32,000 bases of DNA from Alkanindiges illinoisensis DSM 15370 (GCF_000619845.1 NZ_JHUX01000003.1:1748622-1780621); one strand, 5' to 3'; shown: positions 1 through 9,472, counted from the stretch's first letter. The notes: generated by a model from the letters alone, not told the origin. Made by a program: numbers and translations.

Positions 1-2
1 CC

Positions 3-1163
3 ATGCTGGAAGGTGCTGGCTATCGCACACCAACGGGTATTTTTGTGAATGGCTTTTTGACGGTAAACGGCCAGAAGATGAGCAAGTCACGCGGTACATT
101 TATCAAGGCTGAAACCTACCTGGAGCATTTGAACCCAGAATACCTGCGCTATTATTTTGCCAACAAGCTGTCGGATAAAGTGGAAGACAGCGACCTGAAC
201 CTTGATGACTTTATTTTAAAGGTAAACAGTGATCTGGTGGGTAAAGTGGTGAACATTGCCAGCCGCTGTGCCAAGTTTATTAACACCAAATACAACAATA
301 AAATGTCCGCACTGTGCAGTGAACCTGAGCTGGTGCAAAGCTTTATTGATGCCGGTGAATCAATTGGCAAGGCTTATGAAGCACGCGAATTCAGCACGGC
401 TATTCGTGACATTATGAGTCTTGCTGACAAAGCCAACCAGTACATTGACGAGAAAAAACCCTGGGCACTGGCCAAAATGGATGGCATGTACACTGAAGTA
501 CAGGATGTCTGTTCCGTCGGCCTTAACCTGTTCCGCCAGCTGGTGGTCTATCTGGCACCAGTCTTGCCTACTCTTGCCAAACAGGTGCAACTGTTCTTTA
601 AACTGGACAGCATGGATTTTGCCTCGCGTCAGCAGGTTTTGCTGGATCATGAGGTGTATACCTTCCAGCCGCTGATGCAACGGGTAGATAAAGCCAAAGT
701 AGAGCTGATGGTGGAAGCATCCAAAGAATCATTAACCAGCACAGCTGCACCAGTTACACCGCCTAAAGCTGCCAAACCAGCATCTACCAAGCAAGACGGT
801 AAAACGACTACCAACAAACCTGATACAGCGGCCAGTGACAGTATCAAGATTGATGACTTTTTAAAGGTAGACTTGCGGGTTGCCAAAATCCTCAATGCGC
901 AAACGGTAGAAGGTTCGGACAAACTATTGCAACTGACGCTGGATGTCGGTGAAGCAGAACCACGCAATGTATTTAGTGGAATTCGCGGCGCGTATGAAGC
1001 AGAAAGCCTTGTGGGCCGTTTAACCGTGTTGGTGGCTAATCTGGCCCCGCGTAAAATGCGTTTTGGGATTTCCAATGGCATGGTGCTGGCCGCAGGCAAT
1101 GGCGAAGGCATTTTCCTCTTATCACCGGATTCTGGTGCCAAGCCGGGTGACAAGGTCAGTTAA
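3..1163 (+). CDS. metG: Methionine--tRNA ligase, C-terminal portion (5' end lies outside the window)
   Basis: The ORF is open to the window edge. It carries the KMSKS signature ([11 protein letters not shown]), a helical anticodon-binding region, a Pro/Ala/Thr/Lys-rich linker and a C-terminal EMAP/Trbp111-type tRNA-binding domain ([12 protein letters not shown]...[21 protein letters not shown]). Confidence 0.95.
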   Translation: MLEGAGYRTPTGIFVNGFLTVNGQKMSKSRGTFIKAETYLEHLNPEYLRYYFANKLSDKVEDSDLNLDDFILKVNSDLVGKVVNIASRCAKFINTKYNNKMSALCSEPELVQSFIDAGESIGKAYEAREFSTAIRDIMSLADKANQYIDEKKPWALAKMDGMYTEVQDVCSVGLNLFRQLVVYLAPVLPTLAKQVQLFFKLDSMDFASRQQVLLDHEVYTFQPLMQRVDKAKVELMVEASKESLTSTAAPVTPPKAAKPASTKQDGKTTTNKPDTAASDSIKIDDFLKVDLRVAKILNAQTVEGSDKLLQLTLDVGEAEPRNVFSGIRGAYEAESLVGRLTVLVANLAPRKMRFGISNGMVLAAGNGEGIFLLSPDSGAKPGDKVS

Positions 1164-1184
1164 TGCCTGAATAAATCGCTAATT

Positions 1185-1214
1185 AAAAGGGCTGAATTCA
1201 TCAGCCCTTTTTTA
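1185..1214. terminator. Intrinsic terminator hairpin between convergent metG and the SDR operon
   Basis: aaaagggctga / attca / tcagccctttt forms an 11-bp stem. An A-run precedes it and a T-run follows, so it could work in both directions. Confidence 0.75.
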
Positions 1215-1255
1215 TAAATCAGGCTGACATCAACCTATTAGAATGGCAGTTATTT

Positions 1256-1927
1256 TCATACACTTAATTCCTGACTCCACGCTGAACGGGGTTGCTGATA
1301 AATGTGCCAGCAGGTTTGTGCAATGGCTTGTGCAGTTTGCCTGTTTTCAGTGCTCCAGCCTGATAATGTGACATAGCAACACTGGATTCCCTGCGGCTGA
1401 AACTCCCGGGCCAGTGATTGCAGTAAAGCCCGGTTACCGGCGTGCACTGCGCCATCTGCCAGCCAGCCTGAGTCTGGTGCACTGGCATGCATTGAACCGA
1501 GTATAATAAATTTTCCCCGCTGACGCGGCAGCATGGGTTTAATGGCATGTTGCGCAATATTAATGGCACTTAAACCCGTGTGCTGCCAGCGTTGTTGCAT
1601 GTCTTCCGAAGTTAGATCAGTGCTTGCCATTTCAAGAGGTGGCGCAGGCTGGAATACCACCAGCTCAACCACATGGCCAGCCTGTTTAATTTTTTTAAAT
1701 AAATGTGCCACGGCTTTAGAATCAATCAAGTTAGCTTTCACATCGGTGAGTTGATCTAGCGCCTCAAATTGCAGCGTATTGTCTTGCTGACTATGACGCA
1801 CCTGATACAGTGCCAATTTTTGACTTTGTGCCTGCAGCAGCAATGCCTGAGATAAGGCCTCGACACCACTACCGATAACCACGATACAACCCTGTTGTGA
1901 TGATTTTTTTCTTTTGAAAATATTCAT
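1256..1927 (-). CDS. Degenerate SDR-fold protein, tandem paralog of the upstream SDR
   Basis: Rossmann-like N-terminus (CIVVIGSGVEALSQ). The C-terminal motif AIAQTCWHIYQQPRSAWSQELSV parallels AIAENYWMLHQQAKPLWTHELDL of the upstream gene. Its ATG overlaps the upstream stop (TAATG). No YxxxK catalytic motif is visible. Confidence 0.6.
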   Translation of the reverse strand: MNIFKRKKSSQQGCIVVIGSGVEALSQALLLQAQSQKLALYQVRHSQQDNTLQFEALDQLTDVKANLIDSKAVAHLFKKIKQAGHVVELVVFQPAPPLEMASTDLTSEDMQQRWQHTGLSAINIAQHAIKPMLPRQRGKFIILGSMHASAPDSGWLADGAVHAGNRALLQSLAREFQPQGIQCCYVTLSGWSTENRQTAQAIAQTCWHIYQQPRSAWSQELSV

Positions 1928-2697
1928 TAAAACTTCTCACTATAAGGCCGTAAATCCAGCTCATGCGTCCATAAAGGTTTAGCCTGCTGATGTAGCATCC
2001 AGTAGTTTTCTGCAATGGCTTCAATATCTAAGCCGCCAGAGCCTCGCGTTTTACGCAGTATGCGCCCCAGACCAAACACAGCTTTATTAATACGTTCTCC
2101 ATCCACCATGCCATCAACCACCACATGCGCAATATGAATATTTTGCGGATTTAATTCCTTTGCCAGACCTTGGGCATAGGCTCTTAATGCAGCCTTGCCT
2201 GTAGTAAATGCTGCAAAATAAGGCTTGCCACGAACTGAAGCACTGGCACCGGTAAAAATAATGGTTCCGTATCCCTGCTGTTGCATGGTTTTAACCGCTT
2301 GCTGACCCACCAGAAAGCCTGATAAAAATGTCAAACGCCACATGCTGTCAAAAAAGCGCAGGCTACTTTTTAAAAACCGCGATGGCATATTACTGCCCAC
2401 ATTGTGGACTACCAGATCAATAGCCTGCTGGCGTGCGTTAATATGGCTAAATAATGCTTCTACCTGACTGGCCTTGGTAGCATCCAGAATATAACTTTCT
2501 GCCTGTCCACCAGCCTGCTGAATTTCAGCAACCACCCTGTCCAGTTTTTCCAGTGTACGCCCTACTACATACACCAGCAGACCTTCGCGGCCTATACGAC
2601 GGCAGACTGCCGCACCAATTCCCTGAGATGCGCCTACACCAATGACCACCGCACAACGCTGGCGAATCACTGGTGATGTTAAATCTTTAGTATTCAT
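1927..2697 (-). CDS. Short-chain dehydrogenase/reductase family protein (atypical active site)
   Basis: Cofactor motif VIGVGASQGIGAAV, an NNAG-like HNVG, and the active-site region GASASVRGKPYFAAFTTGKAALRAYAQGLAKEL. The ORF track starts at a GTG (2700); the adjacent ATG at 2697 is preferred. Confidence 0.8.
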   Translation of the reverse strand: MNTKDLTSPVIRQRCAVVIGVGASQGIGAAVCRRIGREGLLVYVVGRTLEKLDRVVAEIQQAGGQAESYILDATKASQVEALFSHINARQQAIDLVVHNVGSNMPSRFLKSSLRFFDSMWRLTFLSGFLVGQQAVKTMQQQGYGTIIFTGASASVRGKPYFAAFTTGKAALRAYAQGLAKELNPQNIHIAHVVVDGMVDGERINKAVFGLGRILRKTRGSGGLDIEAIAENYWMLHQQAKPLWTHELDLRPYSEKF

Positions 2698-3002
2698 CAC
2701 TTATTTATCCATACTGCCACGTCTGACCGGCTTAAACATTTCTGCTGTACAGCTTTAATGCTCTCAACAAGGCTATAAATAAAACAAATCTGTTTATTAA
2801 TGCATTGGTTCCAAAAAGGAACTTATAGCAGAATTTTTTAATAAAGAACATTTATTGTTGCCAGACCTTGGTTAATTTGTCTGATCAACGCAGATAAAAC
2901 GATGTTGGTGGAAAAACTAACTTTTAGGCATACGCGATTAAACTTGATATTCAAAAAGCGACGCGTTATATCTTTCTTGATAGCAAATACTTTGGTTCCA
3001 AT

Positions 3003-3653
3003 ATGACAACAGGCACACAAGCTCCCATCCAGCTTTTTTATTTTCCTACTCCGAATGGCCATAAAATCACCATTGCACTGGAAGAAATGCAGCTTCCATA
3101 CGACATTCAACTGGTGGATATTCGCAAGGGTGATCAGTTTAAGCCAGCGTTCTTGGACATTTCGCCCAACAACCGCATGCCCGCCATTATTGATCCCAAT
3201 GGCCCGGATGGCCAGCCAGTTTCAATTTTTGAATCCGGCGCAATCTTGCAGTATCTGGGACGTAAAACGGGTTTATTTTATCCGCAGGATGAACGTCAGC
3301 GGATTGAAGTTGAACAATGGCTGATGTGGCAAATGGGTGGCTTTGGCCCGATGCTGGGACAAAACCATCACTTTAACCGATTTGCGCCGGAAAAAATTCC
3401 CTATGCCATTAATCGTTATGTGGATGAAACCAAACGGCTGTATGGTGTGCTGAACAAGCGTCTGGCAGACCGTGACTATGTGGCAGGTGAATATTCGATT
3501 GCTGACATGGCCATGATTGGCTGGGCCTTAAGCTGGGAATGGCAAGACATTAGTATTGCTGAATATCCACATGTGAATCAATGGATTGAGCGCCTAAAAG
3601 CCCGTCCTGCGGTACAACGTGCCCTAGCGCAAAAAGATAACGTGATGGCCTAA
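3003..3653 (+). CDS. yfcG: Nu-class glutathione S-transferase / GSH-dependent disulfide reductase (YfcG-like)
   Basis: Close collinear resemblance to E. coli YfcG: YFPTPNGHKITIALEE, ISPNNRMPAIID, FESGAILQYL, GGFGPMLGQNHHF, IPYAINRY, YSIADMA. Confidence 0.85.
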   Translation: MTTGTQAPIQLFYFPTPNGHKITIALEEMQLPYDIQLVDIRKGDQFKPAFLDISPNNRMPAIIDPNGPDGQPVSIFESGAILQYLGRKTGLFYPQDERQRIEVEQWLMWQMGGFGPMLGQNHHFNRFAPEKIPYAINRYVDETKRLYGVLNKRLADRDYVAGEYSIADMAMIGWALSWEWQDISIAEYPHVNQWIERLKARPAVQRALAQKDNVMA

Positions 3654-3666
3654 GCTGCATCACTGT

Positions 3667-3693
3667 CCCGCAGCTAAGCTTTAGTGCTGCGGG
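3667..3693. terminator. GC-rich hairpin between convergent genes (probable terminator)
   Basis: cccgcagc / 11-nt loop / gctgcggg forms an 8-bp stem. No strong U-tract is present on either strand, so this is uncertain. Confidence 0.4.
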
Positions 3694-3713
3694 TAATTAA
3701 AACGATAGCCTGT

Positions 3714-4313
3714 TCAGTGCTGCGCTTGTAGCACATTAATTAAGGCATCCAGTAATGCTTGCTGGTGCTCAATACACTGTGGCACCAGTTTTTTATAGGC
3801 CTGATCCAGTTGTACCATAGCAAAGCCTTCCTTCCAGTATGGAAATTTATCGGCCAGTGCTTCAGTGACCAAGCCCTCATAGTGGGAAGCGTTCACAATC
3901 AGCGACAGGGTATTCATCGCATCAGCACCCGCCAGTGCATTAAAATCAATACCATGTTTTTTAAACAGGCGAATCCGGTCTTTCTTGTAGAGTATTTTCT
4001 TGGCCTGAAAGTCATTTAAGCCAAACGCTGCAATAGTAGCTTGCTGTAGCATTTCTTCATAACGCTGGTATAAAAGACTAAACGCCTGCGTATAAGTGCT
4101 GGCTTCATTGGACTTAGTCAAGGTTTTGCGAATAAAGGCATATGCCTCTTCATCCAGCGCGGTTTGCTTTAAGCTATTTAAATAAGTGATGGCCTGCTCG
4201 GGTGAGTTGCTGGATAAGTCAGATGTCATACGCTTGGTTTTCCTCGCCCCCGTTTTTGTTAAGTACGAGAAGCTCAACAGAATAAATACGGTCAGAATAA
4301 GCCATTGTCGCAC
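3714..4313 (-). CDS. Hypothetical protein with a hydrophobic N-terminal segment (possible signal anchor)
   Basis: 199-codon ORF. The N-terminus WLILTVFILLSFSYL is followed by a helical-looking, Lys/Gln-rich body. The start is a GTG with no clear SD; an alternative ATG lies at 4228. I recognise no family. Confidence 0.5.
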   Translation of the reverse strand: MRQWLILTVFILLSFSYLTKTGARKTKRMTSDLSSNSPEQAITYLNSLKQTALDEEAYAFIRKTLTKSNEASTYTQAFSLLYQRYEEMLQQATIAAFGLNDFQAKKILYKKDRIRLFKKHGIDFNALAGADAMNTLSLIVNASHYEGLVTEALADKFPYWKEGFAMVQLDQAYKKLVPQCIEHQQALLDALINVLQAQH

Positions 4314-4332
4314 ATTTAAGGCTGGCCCAATG

Positions 4333-4365
4333 AAAAAGCCTCAAAACATTTCTGTCCTGAGGCTT
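4333..4365 (-). terminator. Intrinsic terminator downstream of the BI-1/YccA gene
   Basis: On the minus strand, agcctca...tgaggct forms the stem and is followed by a TTTTT run. It lies 20 bp after the stop at 4385. Confidence 0.65.
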
Positions 4366-4384
4366 GATATAACGCGACTGTGTT

Positions 4385-5119
4385 TTAGTTGGAACGGATA
4401 ATACCCAAGAGGCGCAGGAATGAAATATACATCCAGACCAGGGTGGCCAGTAGCGCAACACCACAAAACCATTCCATATATTTAGGCGCATGATATTCAG
4501 CAGAACGCTCAACCAGATCAAAATCCAGAATCAGGTTTAATGAGGCAATAACTGCCACAAATGCCGCAAAGCCTAAGCCAATCATGCCATTTTCAAACAG
4601 GAAAGGAATGCTATTGCCAAATGCCAGCACCATGACCCATTGCACCAGATACAAGATCAGAATGGCAAGGGTTGCAGACAGCACTACTGCCTTGAATTTT
4701 TCAGTAGCCTGAATAATTTTAGCTTTATACAGCCCTAACAGGCCAAATGTGGTAACAAAGGTTGCAGCCACGGCAATCAGCGGCAAACCCGGATAGCGGT
4801 ATTCATAAGCAGCTGAAATACCGCCCAGAAACAGGCCTTCCAGCACCGCATACGGCAAAGCCAGACTGCTGCTGGTATGTGGTTTAAAAGTCATAATCAG
4901 CGCCAGAACAAACCCACCAATTGCACCAACCACTGCACCCAGCATGGCCGGACTATTGATATAGCCCAGATTCAGGCAGTAAAAATAAAACACCAAAGCA
5001 ATGGCAGTGGCCACACCAGTCATCAGTACCGCTTTATTGACCGCCCCGGATACCGTCATCGGCTCAGTATAGGTCGCCTCAAACCCGACCTTTTTAAACA
5101 TTGGATTATTACTTTGCAT
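4385..5119 (-). CDS. Bax inhibitor-1 / YccA-YbhL family inner-membrane protein
   Basis: About seven hydrophobic segments. The C-terminal region LDFDLVERS...LVWMYISFLRLLGIIRSN resembles the YbhL/YccA tail (LYLDFINLFLMLLRIFG). Confidence 0.8.
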   Translation of the reverse strand: MQSNNPMFKKVGFEATYTEPMTVSGAVNKAVLMTGVATAIALVFYFYCLNLGYINSPAMLGAVVGAIGGFVLALIMTFKPHTSSSLALPYAVLEGLFLGGISAAYEYRYPGLPLIAVAATFVTTFGLLGLYKAKIIQATEKFKAVVLSATLAILILYLVQWVMVLAFGNSIPFLFENGMIGLGFAAFVAVIASLNLILDFDLVERSAEYHAPKYMEWFCGVALLATLVWMYISFLRLLGIIRSN

Positions 5120-5193
5120 CTTCTTTCTCTTTATTGGGTTGCACTACAGATTAGACAGATTACAGCATGTCTTTATCACCATTATATGAAGAG

Positions 5194-6351
5194 TTAGGTG
5201 CGAATTGTATTTAAAATTGAAACCACCTGGTTACGACCCTGATGCTTGGCTTCATACAGATATTTATCAGCCTGGCGCACAATTTTGTCCAACTGATAAC
5301 CACACTGTTCGCTGCAACTCACCCCAAAACTGGCCGTTACCTGCAAGCGCTGGTCTTGTTCATCACTCACATAGGCATTGCTGATCGCTACCCGACAACG
5401 CTCTGCAATAATTACCGCCTGCTCTAGCTCAGTCTGGCTTAACACAATCAGGAATTCCTCACCGCCATAGCGCCCCACCTGATCGGCTTTGCGTAATGTA
5501 CTTTGCAGGGTAGCAGCCACCACCTGCAAGGCTTTATCGCCAATTAAGTGACCATGCGCATCATTAATTTTCTTGAAAAAATCAACATCCAGCAGTACCA
5601 CAGAAACGGGATACACCAGCTCGGCGTTTTGTGCCAGTGCATTTTCCAGACAATGGGTAATGGCACGCCGGTTATACAAATTGGTCAGGCTGTCCGTAAT
5701 GCTGATATGGTGAATATTGCGCTCACGCTGCCGCCAGCGAATAAAGAACAAATCACAAAAGCCGAAAATGGTAATAAAATGCGGCAAGGCAAAATAAATC
5801 ATGCACAACAGGTAAAACGGCCGTGCCTTAAAAGCATAAAAAAACTCAGGCTTGAATAAGGGACCGTAGGGAATATGGCCATAGGCACTTAATGCCGACA
5901 GCACAATAATCAATACCGCTGCCGTGCCAAATGCTGCATAAACAATATGACGCTGGAATAGCACAAAGCCAAACAGCGGTGCGCCTGCCATCACCAGTCC
6001 GGTAGTAATATTGGACAGACCAATGGTGTAGCCCAGAATCACCAGCGAAATTGAATAATAAAATGTACTAATGCAGGCAAATAATTGCTGTGCCCACTCC
6101 TTGTCCTGTACCTGCTTGCCCACATATACCAGTAAGCCTGTCAGAAAAATCAGGAACGGCAAGCCCCATTGCAGGGTGGTTAACACCTTATAGTTAATAT
6201 ATTTGCTGGGAAAGTACATCTGGTACACCTGAAAAACCCAGTAGTGCACCAAAATAACGATCAAAATGACCAAAACCAGCAGTGACTTGCGTACCGGCGT
6301 CCAATCCAGCACATCGTCAAAATACCTTACAATGCTATTGTTAAACCCCAT
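5194..6351 (-). CDS. Membrane-anchored diguanylate cyclase (GGDEF domain)
   Basis: Multi-TM N-terminal half, then a GGDEF domain: DSLTNLYNRR, LDVDFFKKINDAHGH, active-site RYGGEEF. The ORF track starts at a TTG (6378). The ATG at 6351 has a GAGGA SD 7-8 nt upstream and is preferred. Confidence 0.9.
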   Translation of the reverse strand: MGFNNSIVRYFDDVLDWTPVRKSLLVLVILIVILVHYWVFQVYQMYFPSKYINYKVLTTLQWGLPFLIFLTGLLVYVGKQVQDKEWAQQLFACISTFYYSISLVILGYTIGLSNITTGLVMAGAPLFGFVLFQRHIVYAAFGTAAVLIIVLSALSAYGHIPYGPLFKPEFFYAFKARPFYLLCMIYFALPHFITIFGFCDLFFIRWRQRERNIHHISITDSLTNLYNRRAITHCLENALAQNAELVYPVSVVLLDVDFFKKINDAHGHLIGDKALQVVAATLQSTLRKADQVGRYGGEEFLIVLSQTELEQAVIIAERCRVAISNAYVSDEQDQRLQVTASFGVSCSEQCGYQLDKIVRQADKYLYEAKHQGRNQVVSILNTIRT

Positions 6352-6593
6352 AACACTGTCCTCATTTGCGTGGGACAACTGAATGGTTAAACTTGCCAGG
6401 CTGTTTTTATATTACAGTTGAACTGGCATAAAATTAACCGCTACTTCCTTGTAGCCTTGACAATAGCGTTCTCAGAAAATTTTGTCTACTAAATCATTAC
6501 TCTTACAACAAACTGTGATAAAAGTCAGATAACATACAACAAAATGCCAATATGCTATCTGCTTATTTTTATTGATAAATTGAGTTTGCAGTA

Positions 6594-7142
6594 TTAATTG
6601 ATTCTAAAAAAGTATTCACGGTAATACTTGAGTTCGCGAATCGAATCACGAATATCATCCAGCGCCAGATGGGTTGCCTGCTTTTTCAGGCCAGACATAA
6701 TCTCGGGACGCCAGCGACGTGCCAGCTCCTTAACCGACGACACATCCAGATTGCGATAATGGAAATACTGCTCAAGTGCCGGCATTTCACGGTGCATAAA
6801 GCGGCGATCCTGACAAATGGAATTACCACACATCGGTGATTTTTTGGGGTCTACCCATTTTTTTAAAAAGGCAATGGTTTGTGCTTCCGCATCCTGACTG
6901 GTTAAGGTACTGCGGCGCACCCGCTCAATCAGGCCGGACTGACCATGCTGGCGCGTATTCCATTCATCCATGGCATTAAGCACCTGATCACTCTGATGCA
7001 CTGTTAGCACCGGGCCTTCGGCCAGAATATTCAAATGCTCATCAGTCACAATGGTAGCAATTTCAATAATATGATCACGGTCGGTATCCAGACCGGTCAT
7101 TTCCAAATCAATCCATATCAAGCGTTGATCGCTGCTACTCAT
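6594..7142 (-). CDS. orn: Oligoribonuclease
   Basis: Collinear with E. coli Orn: [68 protein letters not shown]. The ATG at 7142 gives a 182-aa product; the track's 7157 start is a GTG. Confidence 0.95.
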   Translation of the reverse strand: MSSSDQRLIWIDLEMTGLDTDRDHIIEIATIVTDEHLNILAEGPVLTVHQSDQVLNAMDEWNTRQHGQSGLIERVRRSTLTSQDAEAQTIAFLKKWVDPKKSPMCGNSICQDRRFMHREMPALEQYFHYRNLDVSSVKELARRWRPEIMSGLKKQATHLALDDIRDSIRELKYYREYFFRIN

Positions 7143-7484
7143 CAGTGTTGCATCCACAAGTCTTATGCTAAAAGAGTTATATTAGCAAACTCACAGGTCT
7201 TGCTACATGAATAAAAAAAATTCACAACAATTTTAATGGCTCAGGAAAGTTAGCGATGACTGTTTGTCATAAAGCATAGCTTTGCATGTGCACTTATTGA
7301 CCAAACTGACTTTTAAAATGAAGTTTTGAGCCAATTGCTTGCAATCAGGATCAGCTATACTGAAAACTATTATATTTTTATATAAAATTGATATTTTAAA
7401 AACGTCAAGTCCTTCTATGCTGCTGTTGACAAACTGTCCAGTCATTCCCTGCTGCTTCTCAGGTTAGTATTTTCCGCTATATTA

Positions 7485-7559
7485 ATGGTCCCTGTTCTGT
7501 TGCCTGCTCTTAGCAGTGGGCAATTGAAGGAACCCCGCATCGAAAGGTGCGGGGTTTTT
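7485..7559 (+). ncRNA. Candidate small RNA ending at the orphan terminator (5' end not determinable)
   Basis: The upstream stem-loop ctgct-ctt-agcag (about 7504-7516), a single-stranded stretch and the terminator together give the usual sRNA architecture. I could not place a convincing -35/-10 pair. Confidence 0.25.
7531..7559 (+). terminator. Orphan plus-strand intrinsic terminator in the orn-rsgA intergenic region
   Basis: aaccccgca / tcgaaagg / tgcggggtt is followed by TTTTT. The minus-strand reading has no U-tract. No plus-strand CDS ends upstream of it. Confidence 0.75.
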
Positions 7560-7777
7560 AGTTTAAGCGCACTTTGTTTTCTCATTAAAATCAGCTTTGA
7601 CAACAAAAATTTAAAAACAGGCTGATTCAACTACGTACCCTCTTTCACTTTTTACACTGATAAAACTATTTACCTGCCTTATTAATTAGACCGTATACTA
7701 ACAGGCAGTTTTCCACTGCAACTTTCCTATGCACCCAAAAATGGGACTGACCCTCGTTATGGAGCTTTTTTAGGCTT

Positions 7778-8827
7778 ATGGCTTTAATCCGCAAACGTCG
7801 CCTGACTGAACAACAGGAACGCCGCATGCAGGCACAGCAGGAACGCCGCCAGCATGATATTGATGACAGTCAGCAGCTTGAAGGACTGGTCGTGGCGCAT
7901 TATGGCCGCCAGCTTGAAGTTCAGGCATTGTCAGTTCCTGAACAGCAAAGCCCTCCTATAGTTAAGGATGGTGAACCTGAACCGTTCTGGCGTCCTGTAA
8001 TAGAAGGTGAAGTCTGGCGCTGTCACACCCGCACCAATCTGGAGTTGCTGGTCACTGGTGACCGGGTACGCTGGCAGGCCGATAGCAATACAGGGCTGGG
8101 TGTCATTAATGCCATGCATCCGCGGTCTTCCCTGCTAACCCGTCCGGATCGCTATCACAAGGTAAAACCGGTTGCCGCCAACGTTAGTCTGATTGTGATT
8201 GTATTTGCCCCGCTCCCAGTACCCTCACCGCTGCTGATTGACCGATATCTGGTGGCGTGTGAACAGGCCGGGATCAGGCCGCTGCTGGTGCTCAACAAAT
8301 CTGACCTGCTTCAGGAGAATGACGAGCTGTATCAATTGCTGAAGGAATATCAGGCACTGGGTTATGAAACCATGCTCACCAATAAACACGAGGGGCTGGA
8401 AAACCTGAAAGCCCGATTGGCACAGCAGACTGTGGTGTTCGTGGGACAGTCCGGCGTGGGTAAAAGCTCACTGATTAATGTGCTGGCACCCAATGCCCTG
8501 CAAAAAACCAATATTATTTCTGAAAACTCAGCACTGGGTCAGCATACTACCACCACCACCAAACTGATTCCCCTGCCGGACGGTGGCGCACTGATTGACT
8601 CGCCGGGCATTCGTGAATTTGGTGTATGGCATCTTGATGTCGATGCCATCCGGGCTGGTTTTGTTGAAATGCAGGATTATTATGGCACCTGCAAGTTCCG
8701 CAACTGCATGCATCGGCAGGAACCTGGCTGTGCCTTGCTGGCCGCCAGCGAGCGCGGCGAAATTCTGGAACGTCGCCTTAAAAGCCTGAACCGGCTGGAA
8801 GCCGAAGTCCGCGAGAATGACAGTTAA
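7778..8827 (+). CDS. rsgA: Ribosome small-subunit-dependent GTPase A
   Basis: Circularly permuted GTPase motifs (LNKSDL ... GQSGVGKSSLIN ... DSPG) and a C-terminal zinc-finger region CKFRNCMHRQEPGCA. It is divergent from orn, as in E. coli. Confidence 0.95.
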   Translation: MALIRKRRLTEQQERRMQAQQERRQHDIDDSQQLEGLVVAHYGRQLEVQALSVPEQQSPPIVKDGEPEPFWRPVIEGEVWRCHTRTNLELLVTGDRVRWQADSNTGLGVINAMHPRSSLLTRPDRYHKVKPVAANVSLIVIVFAPLPVPSPLLIDRYLVACEQAGIRPLLVLNKSDLLQENDELYQLLKEYQALGYETMLTNKHEGLENLKARLAQQTVVFVGQSGVGKSSLINVLAPNALQKTNIISENSALGQHTTTTTKLIPLPDGGALIDSPGIREFGVWHLDVDAIRAGFVEMQDYYGTCKFRNCMHRQEPGCALLAASERGEILERRLKSLNRLEAEVRENDS

Positions 8828-9019
8828 AGTGTCTGAAACATCCTTACTGATTCTATGATTTAAACATAGCGCCCTATTTTTAGGACTAGGGCTATGTTCC
8901 TATGGCTGGCTTAAAACAAAGCAATCATATAAAACCCTGCAAAAAAGCAGCAGATTATCGGTATACTGTGTGCAATTTTAGATGTGATCAGGTGCACTGT
9001 GGAACGCTGGCTAGAGTTT

Positions 9020-9406
9020 ATGCAAAATCATCCCTTCCTGTTTGGAATTCTGGGGGTGTTGATTGTTTTGTTTTTTATCCTTGAAAACCGTCGTAGCGGC
9101 CACAAGATATCTCCTCAGTCCCTTGGCGTTTTAATTCAGCGTGAAAATGCTTTATTAATCGACCTGCGTGATGCAAAGGACTTTAAGGCCGGACACATTA
9201 GTGGAAGCCGTAATATTCCATTCAGCCAGCTTAAAAACCATGTTGAAGAGCTGCGCGAGAGTGATCGTCCAATTGTCATGATTTGCAACATGGGTCAGGT
9301 CGCAGGTTCTGCTGTACAAATGATTGCCAATACCAAATGCTATCGTTTGGACGGTGGCATCGCTAACTGGAAAGCGCAGGGCTTACCGCTTGTTAAGGCA
9401 CGCTAG
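9020..9406 (+). CDS. yibN: Membrane-anchored rhodanese-domain protein (YibN-like)
   Basis: N-terminal TM (FLFGILGVLIVLFFIL), a rhodanese domain with LIDLRDAKDFKAGHISGSRNIP, and a Cys loop ICNMGQVAG. It lies directly upstream of grxC-secB, as in E. coli. The ATG at 9020 is preferred over the GTG at 8984. Confidence 0.8.
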   Translation: MQNHPFLFGILGVLIVLFFILENRRSGHKISPQSLGVLIQRENALLIDLRDAKDFKAGHISGSRNIPFSQLKNHVEELRESDRPIVMICNMGQVAGSAVQMIANTKCYRLDGGIANWKAQGLPLVKAR

Positions 9407-9472
9407 CCGTTTTTAACGGACTGCTGTTTTTGACAGAATAGAAATCAAGTAGAAATTGACTGGAGTACGATC

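Noticed and set aside
2838-3110. A 90-aa minus-strand ORF spanning the SDR/GST divergent promoter region and overlapping the yfcG start.
   Set aside because: It overlaps a well-supported gene in antisense, has Lys/Ile/Phe-rich AT-driven composition, and has no SD.
7233-7630. Two minus-strand ORFs (70 and 62 aa) in the orn-rsgA spacer.
   Set aside because: They are AT-rich, have no SD and no recognisable motifs. One runs straight through the plus-strand terminator hairpin. The region is better explained as non-coding regulatory or sRNA sequence.
8862-8899. An imperfect hairpin downstream of rsgA (aacatagc...gctatgtt).
   Set aside because: The stem has bulges and no U-tract follows it, so I could not support it as a terminator or REP-like element. 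It is not repeated elsewhere in the window.
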